A DNA stretch of 64,000 nucleotides, taken from the NCBI RefSeq assembly GCF_001447785.1, contig NW_015164754.1:42749-106748 (forward strand), written 5' to 3'. The notes under the pieces are model-generated. The model saw nothing but the letters and a program-made list of their open reading frames with translations, was not told where the DNA came from and ran no database searches. This DNA is from Gekko japonicus. Its lineage: Eukaryota. The translations under genes and the position numbers were made by a program. This document shows, one piece after another, positions 25,772 to 38,555 of the stretch. Position 1 is the stretch's first letter. Every line of letters starts with the position of its first letter.

Positions 25772-26298
25772 ATTCTGGGGGATCTCCAAGCCCCTCCCTG
25801 GAAGTTGGCGACCACTATTGTGCCACATATCAAAAAGTCTATTTTTGTCCATATGAGCCACTTGAATACCAAATCACACTGCCTTCTCTGCGTCTTCCTT
25901 AAGTGAAGTGAGGTTCGTGGATACATTGGAGAAGACTGGAGATCAGTTATAATACTGGGAGATCTCCAGGCTCCACCTGGAGGCTGGTAACCCTACTTGG
26001 GGGTCCATTGTGGTCCAGTTACTGCACAGCCTCAAATTCTGGGGGATCTCCAAGCTCCTCCCTGGAAGTTGGCGACCCCAATTGTGCCACATATCAAAAA
26101 GTCTATTTTTGTCCATATGAGCCACTTGAAGACCAAATCACACTGCCTTCTCTGCATCTTCCTTAAGTGAAGTGAGGTTCGTGGATACATCGGAGAAGAC
26201 TGGAGATCAGTTATAATACTGGGAGATCTCCAGGCTCCACCTGGAGGCTGGTAACCCTACTTGGGGGTCCATTGTGGTCCAGTTACTGCACAGCCTCA
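25772..26298. repeat. ~264-bp direct tandem duplication immediately 3' of the OR4E1-like gene
   Basis: 25772-26034 is nearly identical to 26036-26298. Confidence 0.85.
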
Positions 26299-26322
26299 GT
26301 TTTTCATTGTTCAGAAGGACCG

Positions 26323-27288
26323 TCACTTCTTCTCCGAGTCCACCTTCCGACCAACCATTTTGTTGAGCGCTCGCTTCATATCCTCGTTCCGCAGTGTGTA
26401 GATAATGGGGTTGAGCAACGGGGTCACAGCCGTGAAGAAGACCGACACCACCTTGTCTTCCTTGAAGCTGGTGGAGGGGCGGGAGTAAATGAAAATGCAG
26501 TGCCCCAGGAAGAGAGTCACCACGGTGAGGTGTGCCGCGCAGGTAGAAAGAGCCTTGCGCCGGCCTTCGGCAAAACGGTTGCGGAGGGAGACCAAGATGA
26601 CACCGTATGAGACCACCAGCACCACAAAGCAGACCACGGAGATCAGCCCGGAGTTGGAAATGATAAGGACCTCGATGATGTAAGTGTCGGTGCACGCCAG
26701 CTTGATGACCGGAGGAACGTCGCAGAAGAAGTTGTCCACCTCCTGGGGGCCACAGTAGGGTAGCTTGATGGTCATGCCGATTAAGGCGAGGGAATGGACC
26801 GTACCACCTAGCCAGATCATTCCGGCCAACAGTAGGCAGACCTTGTGGCTCATGACGGTGAGGTAATGCATAGGATTGCAAATGGCCACGTAGCGGTCGT
26901 AGGCCATGACGGTGAGTAGGAAGATTTCGGTGCAGGCAAAGAGGTGAAGGAAGAACATCTGGGCCATGCAGCCTCCAAAGGAGATGTTCTTCTCGGCGGA
27001 GAGAAAGTCGGCCAGCATCTTGGGCACGGTCACTGTGGAGTGACAGATGTCAATGAAAGAGAGATTGCTCAGGAAGAAGTACATGGGCGTGTGGAGGGCT
27101 TGGTCGGGCACGATGGTGACCACGATGAGGAAGTTCCCGGCCAAAGTCAGTGCGTAGAGCACCAGAAAGACCACAAAGAGAACCAGCTGCATCTCGGGGT
27201 CGTTAGAGAGGCCCACCAGGATGAATTCGGTCACCAAGGACTGGTTTTGTGCTTCGGCAGTCCAGTTTGGAGTCACCTTTTCTTCCAT
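26323..27288 (-). CDS. OR4E1: Class II olfactory receptor, OR4E1-like (mouse MOR28/MOR10 type)
   Basis: Intact 321 aa. The C-terminal half (FLGHCIFIYSRPSTS..EDKVVSVFFTAVTPLLNPIIYTLRNEDMK.ALNK.VGRK) is nearly identical to recalled OR4E1. Acceptor tcttcttgtag ends 7 nt upstream of the ATG. Confidence 0.9.
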   Translation of the reverse strand: MEEKVTPNWTAEAQNQSLVTEFILVGLSNDPEMQLVLFVVFLVLYALTLAGNFLIVVTIVPDQALHTPMYFFLSNLSFIDICHSTVTVPKMLADFLSAEKNISFGGCMAQMFFLHLFACTEIFLLTVMAYDRYVAICNPMHYLTVMSHKVCLLLAGMIWLGGTVHSLALIGMTIKLPYCGPQEVDNFFCDVPPVIKLACTDTYIIEVLIISNSGLISVVCFVVLVVSYGVILVSLRNRFAEGRRKALSTCAAHLTVVTLFLGHCIFIYSRPSTSFKEDKVVSVFFTAVTPLLNPIIYTLRNEDMKRALNKMVGRKVDSEKK

Positions 27289-27493
27289 CTCCGTTCTACA
27301 AGAAGAGCAAATGAATATTTATAATGGCCTTGAAGACTGCAAGGGGAAGATGAAAAATCTATACCTCTGAGAAGCAACAGTAAAGTCTCATATGTGTAAT
27401 TTTTAATTGGTATTGATTTTCTTCATGTATGTTCACTTTACTACCCAATGGGGGCCCAAGGTGGCTTACATATTTCTCCGCTTTCCATTTTAA

Positions 27494-28536
27494 GCAGTGA
27501 AGTGGCTAAATTTGCAGATTACGCGAAGTTGCTCAGGGGGGTGAGAACCAGGGAGGATTGTGAGGTGCTCCAAAGGGATCTGTCGAGGATGGGTGAGTGG
27601 GTGTCAACGTGGCAAATGGGGTTCAATATGGCAAGGTGATGCACATCGGAGCCAAAAATCCTAACTATAAATACACTTCGATGGGGTCTGAACTGGCAGA
27701 GACTGACCAACAGAGAGATCTTGGAGTTGTAGTAGATAACTCAGTGAAAATGTCTAGACAGCGTGCGACTGCAATAAAAAAGGCCAACGCTATATTGGGG
27801 ATTATTAGGAAGGGAACTGAAAACAAATCAGCCAGTATCATCATGCCCCTATATAAATCAATGATGCAACCTCATTTGGAGTACTTTGTACAGTTCTGGT
27901 CACCACACCTCAAAAAGGATATTATAGCATTGGAAAAAGTGCAGAAAAGGGCAACTAAAATGATAAAAGGGTTGGAACACTTTCCCTATGAGGAAAGGTT
28001 AAGGCGCTTAGGGCTCTTTAGCTTGGAGAAACGACAACTGAGGGGTGACATGATCGAGGTTTATAAGATTATGCATGGGAAAGTGCAGGTAGAGAAAGAG
28101 GTACTTTTCTCCCTTTCTCACAATACAAGAACTCGTGGGCACTCCGTGAAATTGCTGAGCAGTCGGGTTAGAATGGATAAAAGGAAGTACTTCTTCACCC
28201 AAAGAGTGATTCACACATGGAATTCACTGCCACAGAAGGTGGTGGCGGCTACAAGCATGGACGGCTTCAAGAGGGAATTAGATAAGCATATGGAGCAGAG
28301 GTCCATCGGTGGCTATTAGCCACAAGGTATAGATAGGAACTCTCAGGTTGGGGCAAGGGATGCTCTGTATTCTTGGTGCTTGGGGGGGGGGTCAACAGTG
28401 GGAGGGCTTCTAGTGTCCTGGCCCAACTGCTGGACCACCTGATGGCACCTGGTATCTTTGGCCACTGTGTGACAGAGTGTTGGACTGGATGGGCCATTTG
28501 CCTGATCCAACATTGGCTTCTCTTATGTTCTTATGT
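27494..28536 (+). mobile_element. 5'-truncated CR1 LINE (C-terminal part of RT)
   Basis: KFADYAKL motif plus the CR1 ORF2 C-terminus (27597-28319), one frameshift, CR1 3' microsatellite. Confidence 0.92.
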
Positions 28537-29436
28537 TTATCCTCACAACAACTCTGTGAGGTAGGTTAGGGGGGAAGCATGTGACTGGCTCAGGGTCACC
28601 CAGCCAGCTTCCATGGCAGAGTGGGAATTCGCACCTGGGTCTCCCAGATTCTAGTACAACACACCAAGCTCATACAAAACACCTAACAGATTTCCTTAAA
28701 GGAAGCCGACTCTCTTCCCCAATAGCAAAATACTTATGTTTTTCTTGTACTGATCTACATATTCAGAAAATGTATATATAATGCAACCTCAACAAGACGT
28801 ATCATTTCAGATTGTATATGGAAGAAGATTCCTTTTTGGCTTCCCCCCCCCTACTCTGGTCCATAACTCACTGCCTGCCCTGCCCAAAGTTAGTTTGTCA
28901 GGAAGCCAGTTTTAACCTAGTTCCCCCCTGATGCAATAATTTTCCATGTGCAAACAGTTTTTGATATAAAGGACATTTCATCTACCTGGGGTAGCCAGGT
29001 CCTGATTTTGATCAGAGTTGGTGCCTCTGCAGAAAAGGGGATGTTGACCAATGTCCTGTTCCCACTTATCTGACCAAAACCCTTCCCCTCCGGAGCTGCT
29101 ACTAGGCTCAAAGCAGGTAAATTACAGGTACTTGTAGAATTCCTGTTTTTGGTGGAGGGGCAATGGAGGGGATGGCATTGGTTGGGACAACAGCACAATG
29201 AAAAGGCTGTAATGGAACCTCCCCAATTATGTACTGCATATTTATCACATTTTTAAAATCCTCTCCCTTTTCCTCCAAGAAGGTCAGGGAGGCCTACATG
29301 GTTCTCCCATCTACATTTTATCATCTCAGCAACAAGGTAGGGTGAGAGAGAGTGACGGGCCTGAGGTTACTCAATGAAGTACCACATGTTTAATGGGGAT
29401 GCCGGTGGAGCAAATCCATGACTCAACCATTTCTCT

Positions 29437-29542
29437 GTCCATCCATCCATCCATCCATCCATCCATCCACCAACCCACCAACCCATCCACCAACCCATCC
29501 ACCAACCCATCCACCAATCCATCCATCCATCCATCCATCCAT
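29437..29542. repeat. (TCCA)n/(ACCC) microsatellite
   Basis: Direct tetranucleotide repeats. Confidence 0.9.
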
Positions 29543-30679
29543 CTCTCTGCCACTTTTCTATCCCCCATATCTTTTGCATGTAAATGGCCATATGGATGTG
29601 TGAAGAGAAGGAAGGGAAAGGCAGGGGGAAGGGGAATTGCAGAAAATGATAAAGAATTTTCAAAAATTAGAGTCAAATGACAGGTGAAGATGTGGAATGG
29701 TATGGTGTAGGCTGATTCTGTCAGATCTCGGAAGTTTAGTAGGGCTGGTGCTTAGACGGGAAAGTCTACCAAGGAAGACTCTGTGGAGGAAGGCAATGGC
29801 AAACCGCCTCTGCTTCATCACTTGCCTTGAAAGGCCCTTGCTGGGATCGCTGTAAGTCAACTACAGCTTGATGGTACTTTTTGCACCCCTGCACAATGAC
29901 AGGTGAATGGAAGGAGATTGTATTTAAGTCACAGTAACTAAATAGGCATGTGTGATTGGAGCATCCTGGTGATTTCTGAAGAGCGGCCTCAGCTATGCCG
30001 GGCTCTCCTTCAGACTGTGACTGAGCAAAGAGAGGGTTCGCCACCCCAAAAGAATGGCGCTGATAGAAACCAAACCTTGCATGCTGGTACTAGCTCTTTA
30101 GAAGGCGGATAATATTGTTGAGGGCATTTCAATAACTGAAGCCGTTGCGGGGAGGGTAAAGGGTAGAATCGCTCCTTGCATGGCCCTAATCCCCACTGCC
30201 TTCCAGTGCAGTTAAAATTGTCACGGAAGGAGCGATGTCCTCTGTCCAGTTTAACTCTCAAAGGAGTCTTGTAGCATGTTCAAGGATGACCAAATTATTG
30301 TGGCGGCTAGAGCACTTAAAGCTCTGGCCTGGATAGCCCAGGCTAGCTCAGTCCCATCAGACTTCAGAAGCTAAGCAGGGTCTGCCCTGGTTAGTACTTC
30401 GATGGGAGACCACCAAGGATGGTAAGGCGATGGCAAACCACCTCTGCATGTCTCTTGTCCTGAAAATCCTACGCAGTCCACATAAGCCAGCTGTGACTTG
30501 ATTGCAAAAAAATAAAATAGAGCCCTCAAAAGCTTCCACTACAATAATTTGGTTAGCCTTTAAGGTGGCTGAAGACTTCTGTTTCCTGAAAGACATGAAC
30601 CCTCTGCAAAAACTTCAGCAAATTCACTGAAAGCCATTTAAAAATTACATTGTTTGCTATTTTAAAGGATAAAAGATTT

Positions 30680-31070
30680 ACCAGGTTTTTGGTGTAAATA
30701 CAGGAATAGCTGCTGGTCTCTCTCCTTGGCTCCAGAATCGGTTTTAACAGCAGTGGCATTCATCTCCGAATATATAACCTTGCGTGTTCGCCTGGAAACA
30801 GCCTCTCGTAAACTAATGTCCGTTCGTTCTGAATTTTCGGCAAGTCAATCCCACAGAGATCCGAACCGGTGACACAGAATCGCAAAGGGGGCAATTAAGA
30901 AGCGCAAAACTTCTGGACAGTTTGAATGGTGTCAAAAACCCCCGGCACACACTTGATATCTAAGTGAAAAGTGGACAGAACTTAGCTAGGGGAAATGTAA
31001 CACTCGTTTCGATTCTCTGATCGAATATTTGACCCGTTTGGGCTCTCCAGGGAGACAAATTAAATTCAGA
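30680..31070 (-). promoter_or_regulatory. Candidate promoter and first exon of the OR4E1-like gene
   Basis: Non-repeat block with O/E-like TCTCCAGGGA (31044-31053) beside AAATTAA, TCCCACAGAG (~30849), CAATTAA (~30892), and a minus-strand donor ctg|gtaaat at ~30682. Confidence 0.45.
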
Positions 31071-32039
31071 GAATGGATGGATGATGACACATACATGGAG
31101 GGTCAGACAGTTTGCTGCCTATCTGTTTGGGTTTTTTTAAGGCCATGGTTCCTCGAAGGAGCTCCGTGCGGGGAGGGGAGGGGAGCAGAGAAACTTGTCT
31201 CCCCTAGGGTTCCCAACCTCCAGGAGGTGGCTGGAGATCTCCTGGGATTACAACTGATCTACAGGCAACAGAACTCAGTTCACCCGGAGAAAATGGCCAC
31301 TCTGGAAGGTGGACTCTATGGCGTTATACTCCACTGCAAGGGTCATTTCGTAGAGAAAGAGGTGCAGAAGCTAATTAGCTTCTTGCTCCTCATTGCCCGA
31401 CTGAGGGCTGCTAAGAGCAGGGGGTGGGACTTGTCGCATGTGCCCGCCCCCTGGGCTCCTTACTGCCGGAGCTCCGCTCCTGTGCGCTCCGGCAGGAAAT
31501 GACCCCTGCAAGTCCACTGAAGTCCCTTCCCTTCTCTAACCCCGCCCTCCTCAGGCTCCCTCCCCCAAATCTCCAGGAATTCCCCAACCTGGAGTTGGCA
31601 GCTCTTCCCATCACAGTTTTTTTTGTGTGTGGTGAAGAGTCTGGGACTTCTCAGCTTGGAGAAGAGAAGGCTGGGGTGACCTGACAGAGGGTTACAAAAT
31701 TATGCACGGGGCAGGGAGATTAGACAGAGAGAACTTCCCCTCCCTCTTCCAACATACCAGAGCTCAAGGGCATCCACTGAAGTTGATAGCTGTAGATTCA
31801 GGACAGACCAAAGGAAATACTTCTTTACTCAACGGGTCATTAAATTGCAGAATTTGCTGCCCGTGAAGGCAGTGATGTCCACAGGCAGAGACAGCTTTAA
31901 AAAGGGGTCCGATTTCTGGGGGAAGACGTCCGTCAGTGGCTACTAACCATGGTGACTAAAGGGAACCTCCACATTCGGAAGCAGTAAACCCCCAAATGCC
32001 AGCACCAGGAGGCAGCATCAAGGGAAGGCTTTGGCTATG

Positions 32040-32532
32040 CCCAATATTGGAAACAAGATAAAATACCAGAAAAATGGGACTGGATTAAAAAAGTTTTGTT
32101 TATGGCTGAAATGGACAAAATGACAAGGAAGCTAAACAACCAAGAAGATGAGGACTTTTTCGAAGGGTGGAAAGACTTTAAAGAGTATTTGGAGACTAAC
32201 TGGGATGTTACAAATAATTTACTGTGTTTTGAAGAATATTAGAAATAGAATAATCTATGATTAAGTGAAAGTTAAAGTTACCTGATGATTAAAAATATAT
32301 TGGGGTAAGGCTTAACAATGTTGAGAAAAGAAATATTAAAATGTAAAAAGATAGAAAATGTTAAGATTAAAAGATTTAAAGGGATATAAGCATTGCGGGA
32401 AGCCAAATGAGGGGTGGAAGGATAAGGGGATAGAGTAAAATAGGGATAGGTGGAAATGTGATAAAATGTATAACTGTTTTAAAGGAATTGTACTATCCCA
32501 TTAATAAAAAATTGTTTAACAACAAAAAAAAG
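32040..32532 (+). mobile_element. L1-clade LINE 3' fragment inside an old CR1
   Basis: Encodes W..KVLFMAEMDK.T.KLN, homologous to the L1 at 34445, followed by a 3' UTR and A-rich tail. Confidence 0.7.
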
Positions 32533-34444
32533 AGAAGGCTTTGGCCTCTAGGCTCTGTTTGCTGGCCCCCCAGGGCGACTGGTTGGACACCGTGTGAGAT
32601 GGGAGGCTGGACTGGATGGTCGACTGATCCCAACTCTTCTTATGTTCTTATCTTCGTATGTCCTGATAGCTTCATCTTCGAGTAGCAAGAGGTTTGTGGT
32701 TAAAGTAGGGTTACCAGATGTCTTCTGTTTAGAGGACATGTCCCCTTTTTTGGTGTCCCCCTTCTTTTGGGCTCTTTTTAAAGAACTGATGAAAATGACC
32801 TCTTTTCGGGTTGGAAGGTTAGGAGAAGAGACTGGATTTATACCCTGCCCTTCACTCATAGAGCAGCTTACAAACTCCTTTCCCTTCCCCTCCCCACAAC
32901 AGACACCCTGTGAGGTAAGTGGGGCTGAGGGAGCTCCTTCAAGAACCGCTCCTTCAAGAACAGCTCTGACAGAACTATGGCTTGCCCAAGGTCATCCAGC
33001 AGCCGCAAGTGGAGGAGTGGGGAATCAAACCCGGTCCATGCACTTAACCACTACACCAAACTGGGTCATAGGAATATTCTTAGTTAGTAGCAATTATCAC
33101 TGCTTAAACAACAGGGGTATTTAAAAAGAGATTTGTCACGGCGTGATCACTTGTTTGAAGTAGTCAGTCAAGAAATATATCCTCTTGTTTTGCCTTTCAA
33201 AATAAAACCCTAGGTTAAAACACTGGCCTATATAGGGATGGGGGTTCAAATCCTCTATCCACTGTGGAGCTCCCTGGTTCATTTTGGGCCAGCCTAACCT
33301 ACCTCACAAGGTTGTTGTGAAGACAAAATGAGGAAAGCGAACCGTGTGTGATGTCCAGAGCTCCTTGGACAGTGTGCAGGATAGAAATATTAAGAACACA
33401 GGGCCATTCTTGGTTCCCAGAGTTTCCTATCATGTCCAAGCTCTGTGATTTTTTGGTGGAGACAGTTCACACAGTCAGCCAAGTTACAAGTGCCAAATAA
33501 TTATGCGATACTTGTGCATGTGTGAACGGTGGACCAGCTGCAAGTGAAAACCACAAGAAGCGAGGCCATTTTTGGACACACCTTTTGCAGAGAGCAATGT
33601 GTCCACTGCTTCTCAGAGGCTATGGAGTGTATGTGTGTGTGTGGGAGAAACTGAGCCTGAAGCTAGGGACCTGCTGTTGAACTTCATTCTTCTCCCTCCC
33701 AATATGTATCCCCCCCAATTTGGCTCTTTGTGAAAATGGACCATTTTGAAGCATGAGATGAAATGACCACAAGAGGGCAGGAGAGGAACAGGAATAACAC
33801 ATGGTGGTTTGGGTTTCGTGGTGAAAGACTGGATTTTGGAGAGTCCGGGGAGGGGAAGAGGTGCGCTTAGAATCAGGCGCTTCGGTTCTGTTCACTTGCT
33901 TGTTATTTATTTCACTTCCACCCCACTTTTAGTCTCCAGTGGGTACTCAGAGTAGCTCAAAACCATTCTCCTGTCCTCCGTTTCATCCTAATAATATCCC
34001 GCCCACCCAGCGGTTCAAAAGCCTTGCAAGTAGATAAATGGGTACCTGCTCCTAGGTAGCAGGGGGCACCCTCCTCTCTATGGAGTGGTGTGCAGCAGGA
34101 GTGCCGGCGTAGCAACGGTGTGGCGTGACAGCGACGTGCGGAGACCTGGGGACTCGGCAGGCATGGCGAACATCCGGCGATCAGGATCACGAAACTGCAG
34201 AGGAAATCGGGCGAAGCCCCGAGTCCAAATGCAGCCCCGGAGCTTGGGGTGTGAAATTGACATGTTTGTGTCGAGGCAAACGGCGCTGTGCTGCGAGGCA
34301 GCTCTAGTGAGAAATCGCCCCAGGGCTTTTTCCTCTTGGGGGAAGGCGCCGGAACGGAGTTCCAGAACCTCTCTGTCAAAGTTCTTTTTAAAAGTGCTTA
34401 AAAGTTCATGAGTTTCCAGGATACAGATTGAACATTTCCCTCTT

Positions 34445-36929
34445 TTTTTTTTTGGTAAACAAATTTTATTATTTTCTATACGAGTTTTACATTTAACCAT
34501 TTCCAATTTTCCATTGTTCACCCATACCCATTTCCTCCCCTCCCTCCTGTGGCTTCCCGCAATGCTTCCCCCTTACCCTCCACATTACTATATATCATCA
34601 ATTATATCATTTTTCTTATCATTACAGATTTAAGATAACATCATTTAACCTAATATTGATCTAAACACATTAAATTTTGTTTCACATCCCAGTTCTTCTC
34701 CAGATAAATTTTAAAGTAATTCCATTCTTCAAAAAATACCTCATCTTCTTTGCCGTTCAGCTTTTTTGTAATTTTGTCCATTTCAGCCATGAACCGAACT
34801 TTTTGTATCCAATCTTCAATCTCTGGTACTTTCTCTGTTTTCCAAAATTGTGCAAACAACATTCTCGCAGTTGTTATTAAGTACCAAAGTAAAGTCTTTT
34901 TAGTCGTGTTCACTTCATCTATTTTCAAACCCAAAAGCAGAATTTCGGGTGCTTTTTTAAAAGAGCATTTCAATATTTTTTGCATTTCATTGTGGACTTT
35001 TGTCCAAAAGTCTACAGCTTTTTCACAAGTCCACCACATATGATAAAATGAGCCCTCATGACTCTTGCATTTCCAACATTTGTTTGACATATTCTGGTTC
35101 ATATTTGCAATTTTCTTCGGAGTCATGTACCACCTGTACATCATTTTAAAGCAGTTCTCTCTGACATTGGTACAAGCCGATATCTTAATAGAGTTTTTCC
35201 ACAAATATTCCCAAGTTTCAATAGTCACCTCCCTATTCATATTTATTGCCCACTTTATCATTTGCTCTTTAACAATTTCATCTTCAGTATACCATTTCAA
35301 CAACAGTTTATACATTTTAGAGATATTTTTTCCCTCTCCACTTCCCCAAATATTTTCCATTTCATTTTTTTCTTCTCTAAAACCATAATTTTTNNNNNNN
35401 NNNNNNNNNNNNNNNNNNNNNNNNNNNNNNNNNNNNNNNNNNNNNNNNNNNNNNNNNNNNNNNNNNNNNNNNNNNNNNNNNNNNNNNNNNNNNNNNNNNN
35501 NNNNNNNNNNNNNNNNNNNNNNNNNNNNNNNNNNNNNNNNNNNNNNNNNNNNNNNNNNNNNNNNNNNNNNNNNNNNNNNNNNNNNNNNNNNNNNNNNNNN
35601 NNNNNNNNNNNNNNNNNNNNNNNNNNNNNNNNNNNNNNNNNNNNNNNNNNNNNNNNNNNNNNNNNNNNNNNNNNNNNNNNNNNNNNNNNNNNNNNNNNNN
35701 NNNNNNNNNNNNNNNNNNNNNNNNNNNNNNNNNNNNNNNNNNNNNNNNNNNNNNNNNNNNNNNNNNNNNNNNNNNNNNNNNNNNNNNNNNNNNNNNNNNN
35801 NNNNNNNNNNNNNNNNNNNNNNNNNNNNNNNNNNNNNNNNNNNNNNNNNNNNNNNNNNNNNNNNNNNNNNNNNNNNNNNNNNNNNNNNNNNNNNNNNNNN
35901 NNNNNNNNNNNNNNNNNNNNNNNNNNNNNNNNNNNNNNNNNNNNNNNNNNNNNNNNNNNNNNNNNNNNNNNNNNNNNNNNNNNNNNNNNNNNNNNNNNNN
36001 NNNNNNNNNNNNNNNNNNNNNNNNNNNNNNNNNNNNNNNNNNNNNNNNNNNNNNNNNNNNNNNNNNNNNNNNNNNNNNNNNNNNNNNNNNNNNNNNNNNN
36101 NNNNNNNNNNNNNNNNNNNNNNNNNNNNNNNNNNNNNNNNNNNNNNNNNNNNNNNNNNNNNNNNNNNNNNNNNNNNNNNNNNNNNNNNNNNNNNNNNNNN
36201 NNNNNNNNNNNNNNNNNNNNNNNNNNNNNNNNNNNNNNNNNNNNNNNNNNNNNNNNNNNNNNNNNNNNNNNNNNNNNNNNNNNNNNNNNNNNNNNNNNNN
36301 NNNNNNNNNNNNNNNNNNNNNNNNNNNNNNNNNNNNNNNNNNNNNNNNNNNNNNNNNNNNNNNNNNNNNNNNNAGATTGTCAAATGCCTTTTCGGCATCG
36401 ACAAATAAAAAAGCTACTTCTTGTTCTGGGTGTTTCTCGTAATATTCAATTGCATCCATTACTATTCTTACATTGTCTCGAATCTGTCTCTTTGGTAAAA
36501 AACCAGCTTGGTCTTCTGAGATCACTGTTTGTAAATAGTTTTTCACCCTATCTGCAATAACTTTTGCAAAAATCTTGTAGTCATTGTTCAAAAGAGAAAT
36601 TGGCCTATAATTCTTCACATTCGTTAGTTCTTGTCCTTCCTTTGGTATTAATGAAATAATTGCTTCCTTCCAAGAGTCCGGCACCTTCTTACTCTCACGT
36701 ATGTCGTTGGATAAAGCTTCCATGGCCGGAGCAATTTCTTCTTTCATTTTTTTATAAAACTTTGCAGTAAATCCATCCGGTCCTGGCGCCTTCCCCAACT
36801 TCGCATCTTCTATAGCCTTAATCACTTCTTCCTTTTGGATCCGACCATTTAATAAGTCTTTGTATTCGCTGCTTACTTTAGATAGTGGAGTTTCCTCTAG
36901 ATATTTTTTGATCTTCTCAAGATCAGCTC
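34445..36929 (-). mobile_element. Young 5'-truncated L1-clade LINE spanning an N gap
   Basis: RT motifs KAPGPDGF, NYRPISLLN.DYKI, DQAGF and DAEKAFD; C-terminal CWKC..H..W.C; poly(A) tail; 15-bp TSD gaacatttccctctt at 34430 and 36930. Confidence 0.93.
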
Positions 36930-37689
36930 GAACATTTCCCTCTTGAGAGTTCCAGCACCTCTTTCTCAAAAAAATAAAATAAAATAACAAGCCATGCGTT
37001 CGATCATTCACAGCCTCACTCAGGTTTTGCAAACTGAGAGCTGTGGCTTTCTTGATGGAGTCCATCCATCCAGGGGTCGTTTCGTAGAAAAAGAGCTAGG
37101 GGAACTCATTAGCATAACTCATTAGCATATGCCACACCCCCTGACATCAGGGGCCTGGCGGTGGACCTGCAAGGCTGGCGGGAGTACAAGGAAGCCCCGC
37201 GAAGGCCCTCCCTGGCCCCAGGCAGGCAGGGGTGGGGAGAGGCAGGGAGGAAGCAACTTACCCTCCCTCGTCTCCTGCCGCCTCCTGGCTGAATGAGGGC
37301 TGGAAGTGGGGCAGCCGGAAGCAGGGGGCGGGGCTTTGTCATGTGCCCCGCCCTCTGCACCTCACCCGGGGGAACTGCGTTCCCCTGTGATCCCCCCCGA
37401 AATGACCTCTGCATCCATCTCATGTTGGGTCTTCCTCTTTTCCTCCTGCCTTCAACTTTTCCTAGTATCATTTTTTACAGTGACTCTAATCTTCTCATGT
37501 TGTGACTAAAGCACAATCGCCTCAGTTTAGTCATTTTAGCTTCTAGGGAGAATTCAGGCTTAAGTTGAGCTAGAACCTACTTATTGATCTTTTTGGCAGT
37601 CCACAGTATCAGTAAAACTCTCCTCCAACATCACATTTCAAATAAATCATCCCCCCCCTTCACTGTCCAACTTTCACATTCCATATATA

Positions 37690-38170
37690 GTGACCAACAA
37701 AAGTCCGCATGGTCAAAGCAATGCTATTCCCAGTAGTCATGTATGGCTGCAAGAGTTGGACTATAAGGAAGGCCGAGCGCCGAAGAATAGATTCTTTTGA
37801 ACTATGGTGCTGGAGAAGACTCTTGAGAGTCCCTTGGACTGCAAGAAGATCCAATCAGTCAATCCTAAAAGAAATCAACCCTGACTGTTCCCTGGAAGGT
37901 CAGATAATGAAACTGAAGCTCAAATACTTTGGCCACCAAATGAGAAGGGAGCACTCCCTGGAGAAGACCCTGATGCTGGGAAAGATTGAAGGTCAAAGAA
38001 GACGGGGACAGCAAAGGATGAGATGGTTAGACAGTGTCATAGATGCAATGAACATGAAGTTGAGCAAACTTCAGAGGACGGCGGAAGACCGGAAGGCCTG
38101 GCGGGATCTGGTCCATGGGGTCGCAAAGAGTCGGACTCGACTGTGCGACTGAACAACCACAACCACAACA
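37690..38170 (+). mobile_element. BovB/RTE LINE 3' fragment
   Basis: FELWCWRRLLRVPWTARRSNQSILKEI motif and (caa/cca)n tail. Confidence 0.92.
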
Positions 38171-38364
38171 ATATAGTGATGGGGAATACCACTTGGTCTT
38201 CAGCAGCACTCCCTTACACTTAAGAATTTTTCTGAATCCCTCTACTCTTTGAAAAAAAAGTGGCCTAAGCTAGCAGCCAATCAGCTCATCCCCAAAACTG
38301 ACTATGCCCTTAACAGAATTGTTAAGCGTTAAGGGGAGTGAGAAATAGAGTGAGGAGAGCCATC

Positions 38365-38555
38365 GGCTAACAACGGTGGTTTGTTTCACCCTGCAGATCA
38401 AAGTGAACATCTGGACTCTTTGCAACAGAACAGGTGTGTTCTTAGTTCTAAGAACTTGTCTTCTGAGTCATTCACCGTGAATTGATCTCAGGACGGTGGA
38501 GCCTGATAAGAATCAGGTGTGGCTAAGACTTCTCCTTCTTTGGTGGGAACGAGAG
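38365..38555 (+). promoter_or_regulatory. Candidate TRAV promoter
   Basis: Within 190 bp of the leader ATG: MYB CAACGG (38371), TCF/LEF ATCAAAG (38397), E-boxes (38408, 38431, 38514), STAT5-type TTCTAAGAA (38446), AP-1 TGAGTCA (38464), GATA TGATAA (38504). Confidence 0.65.

Noticed and set aside
34650-36560. Long ORFs made mostly of X (also 58258-59610 and 26-1252)
   Set aside because: Artefacts of N gaps; only the L1 portions are real coding remnants.
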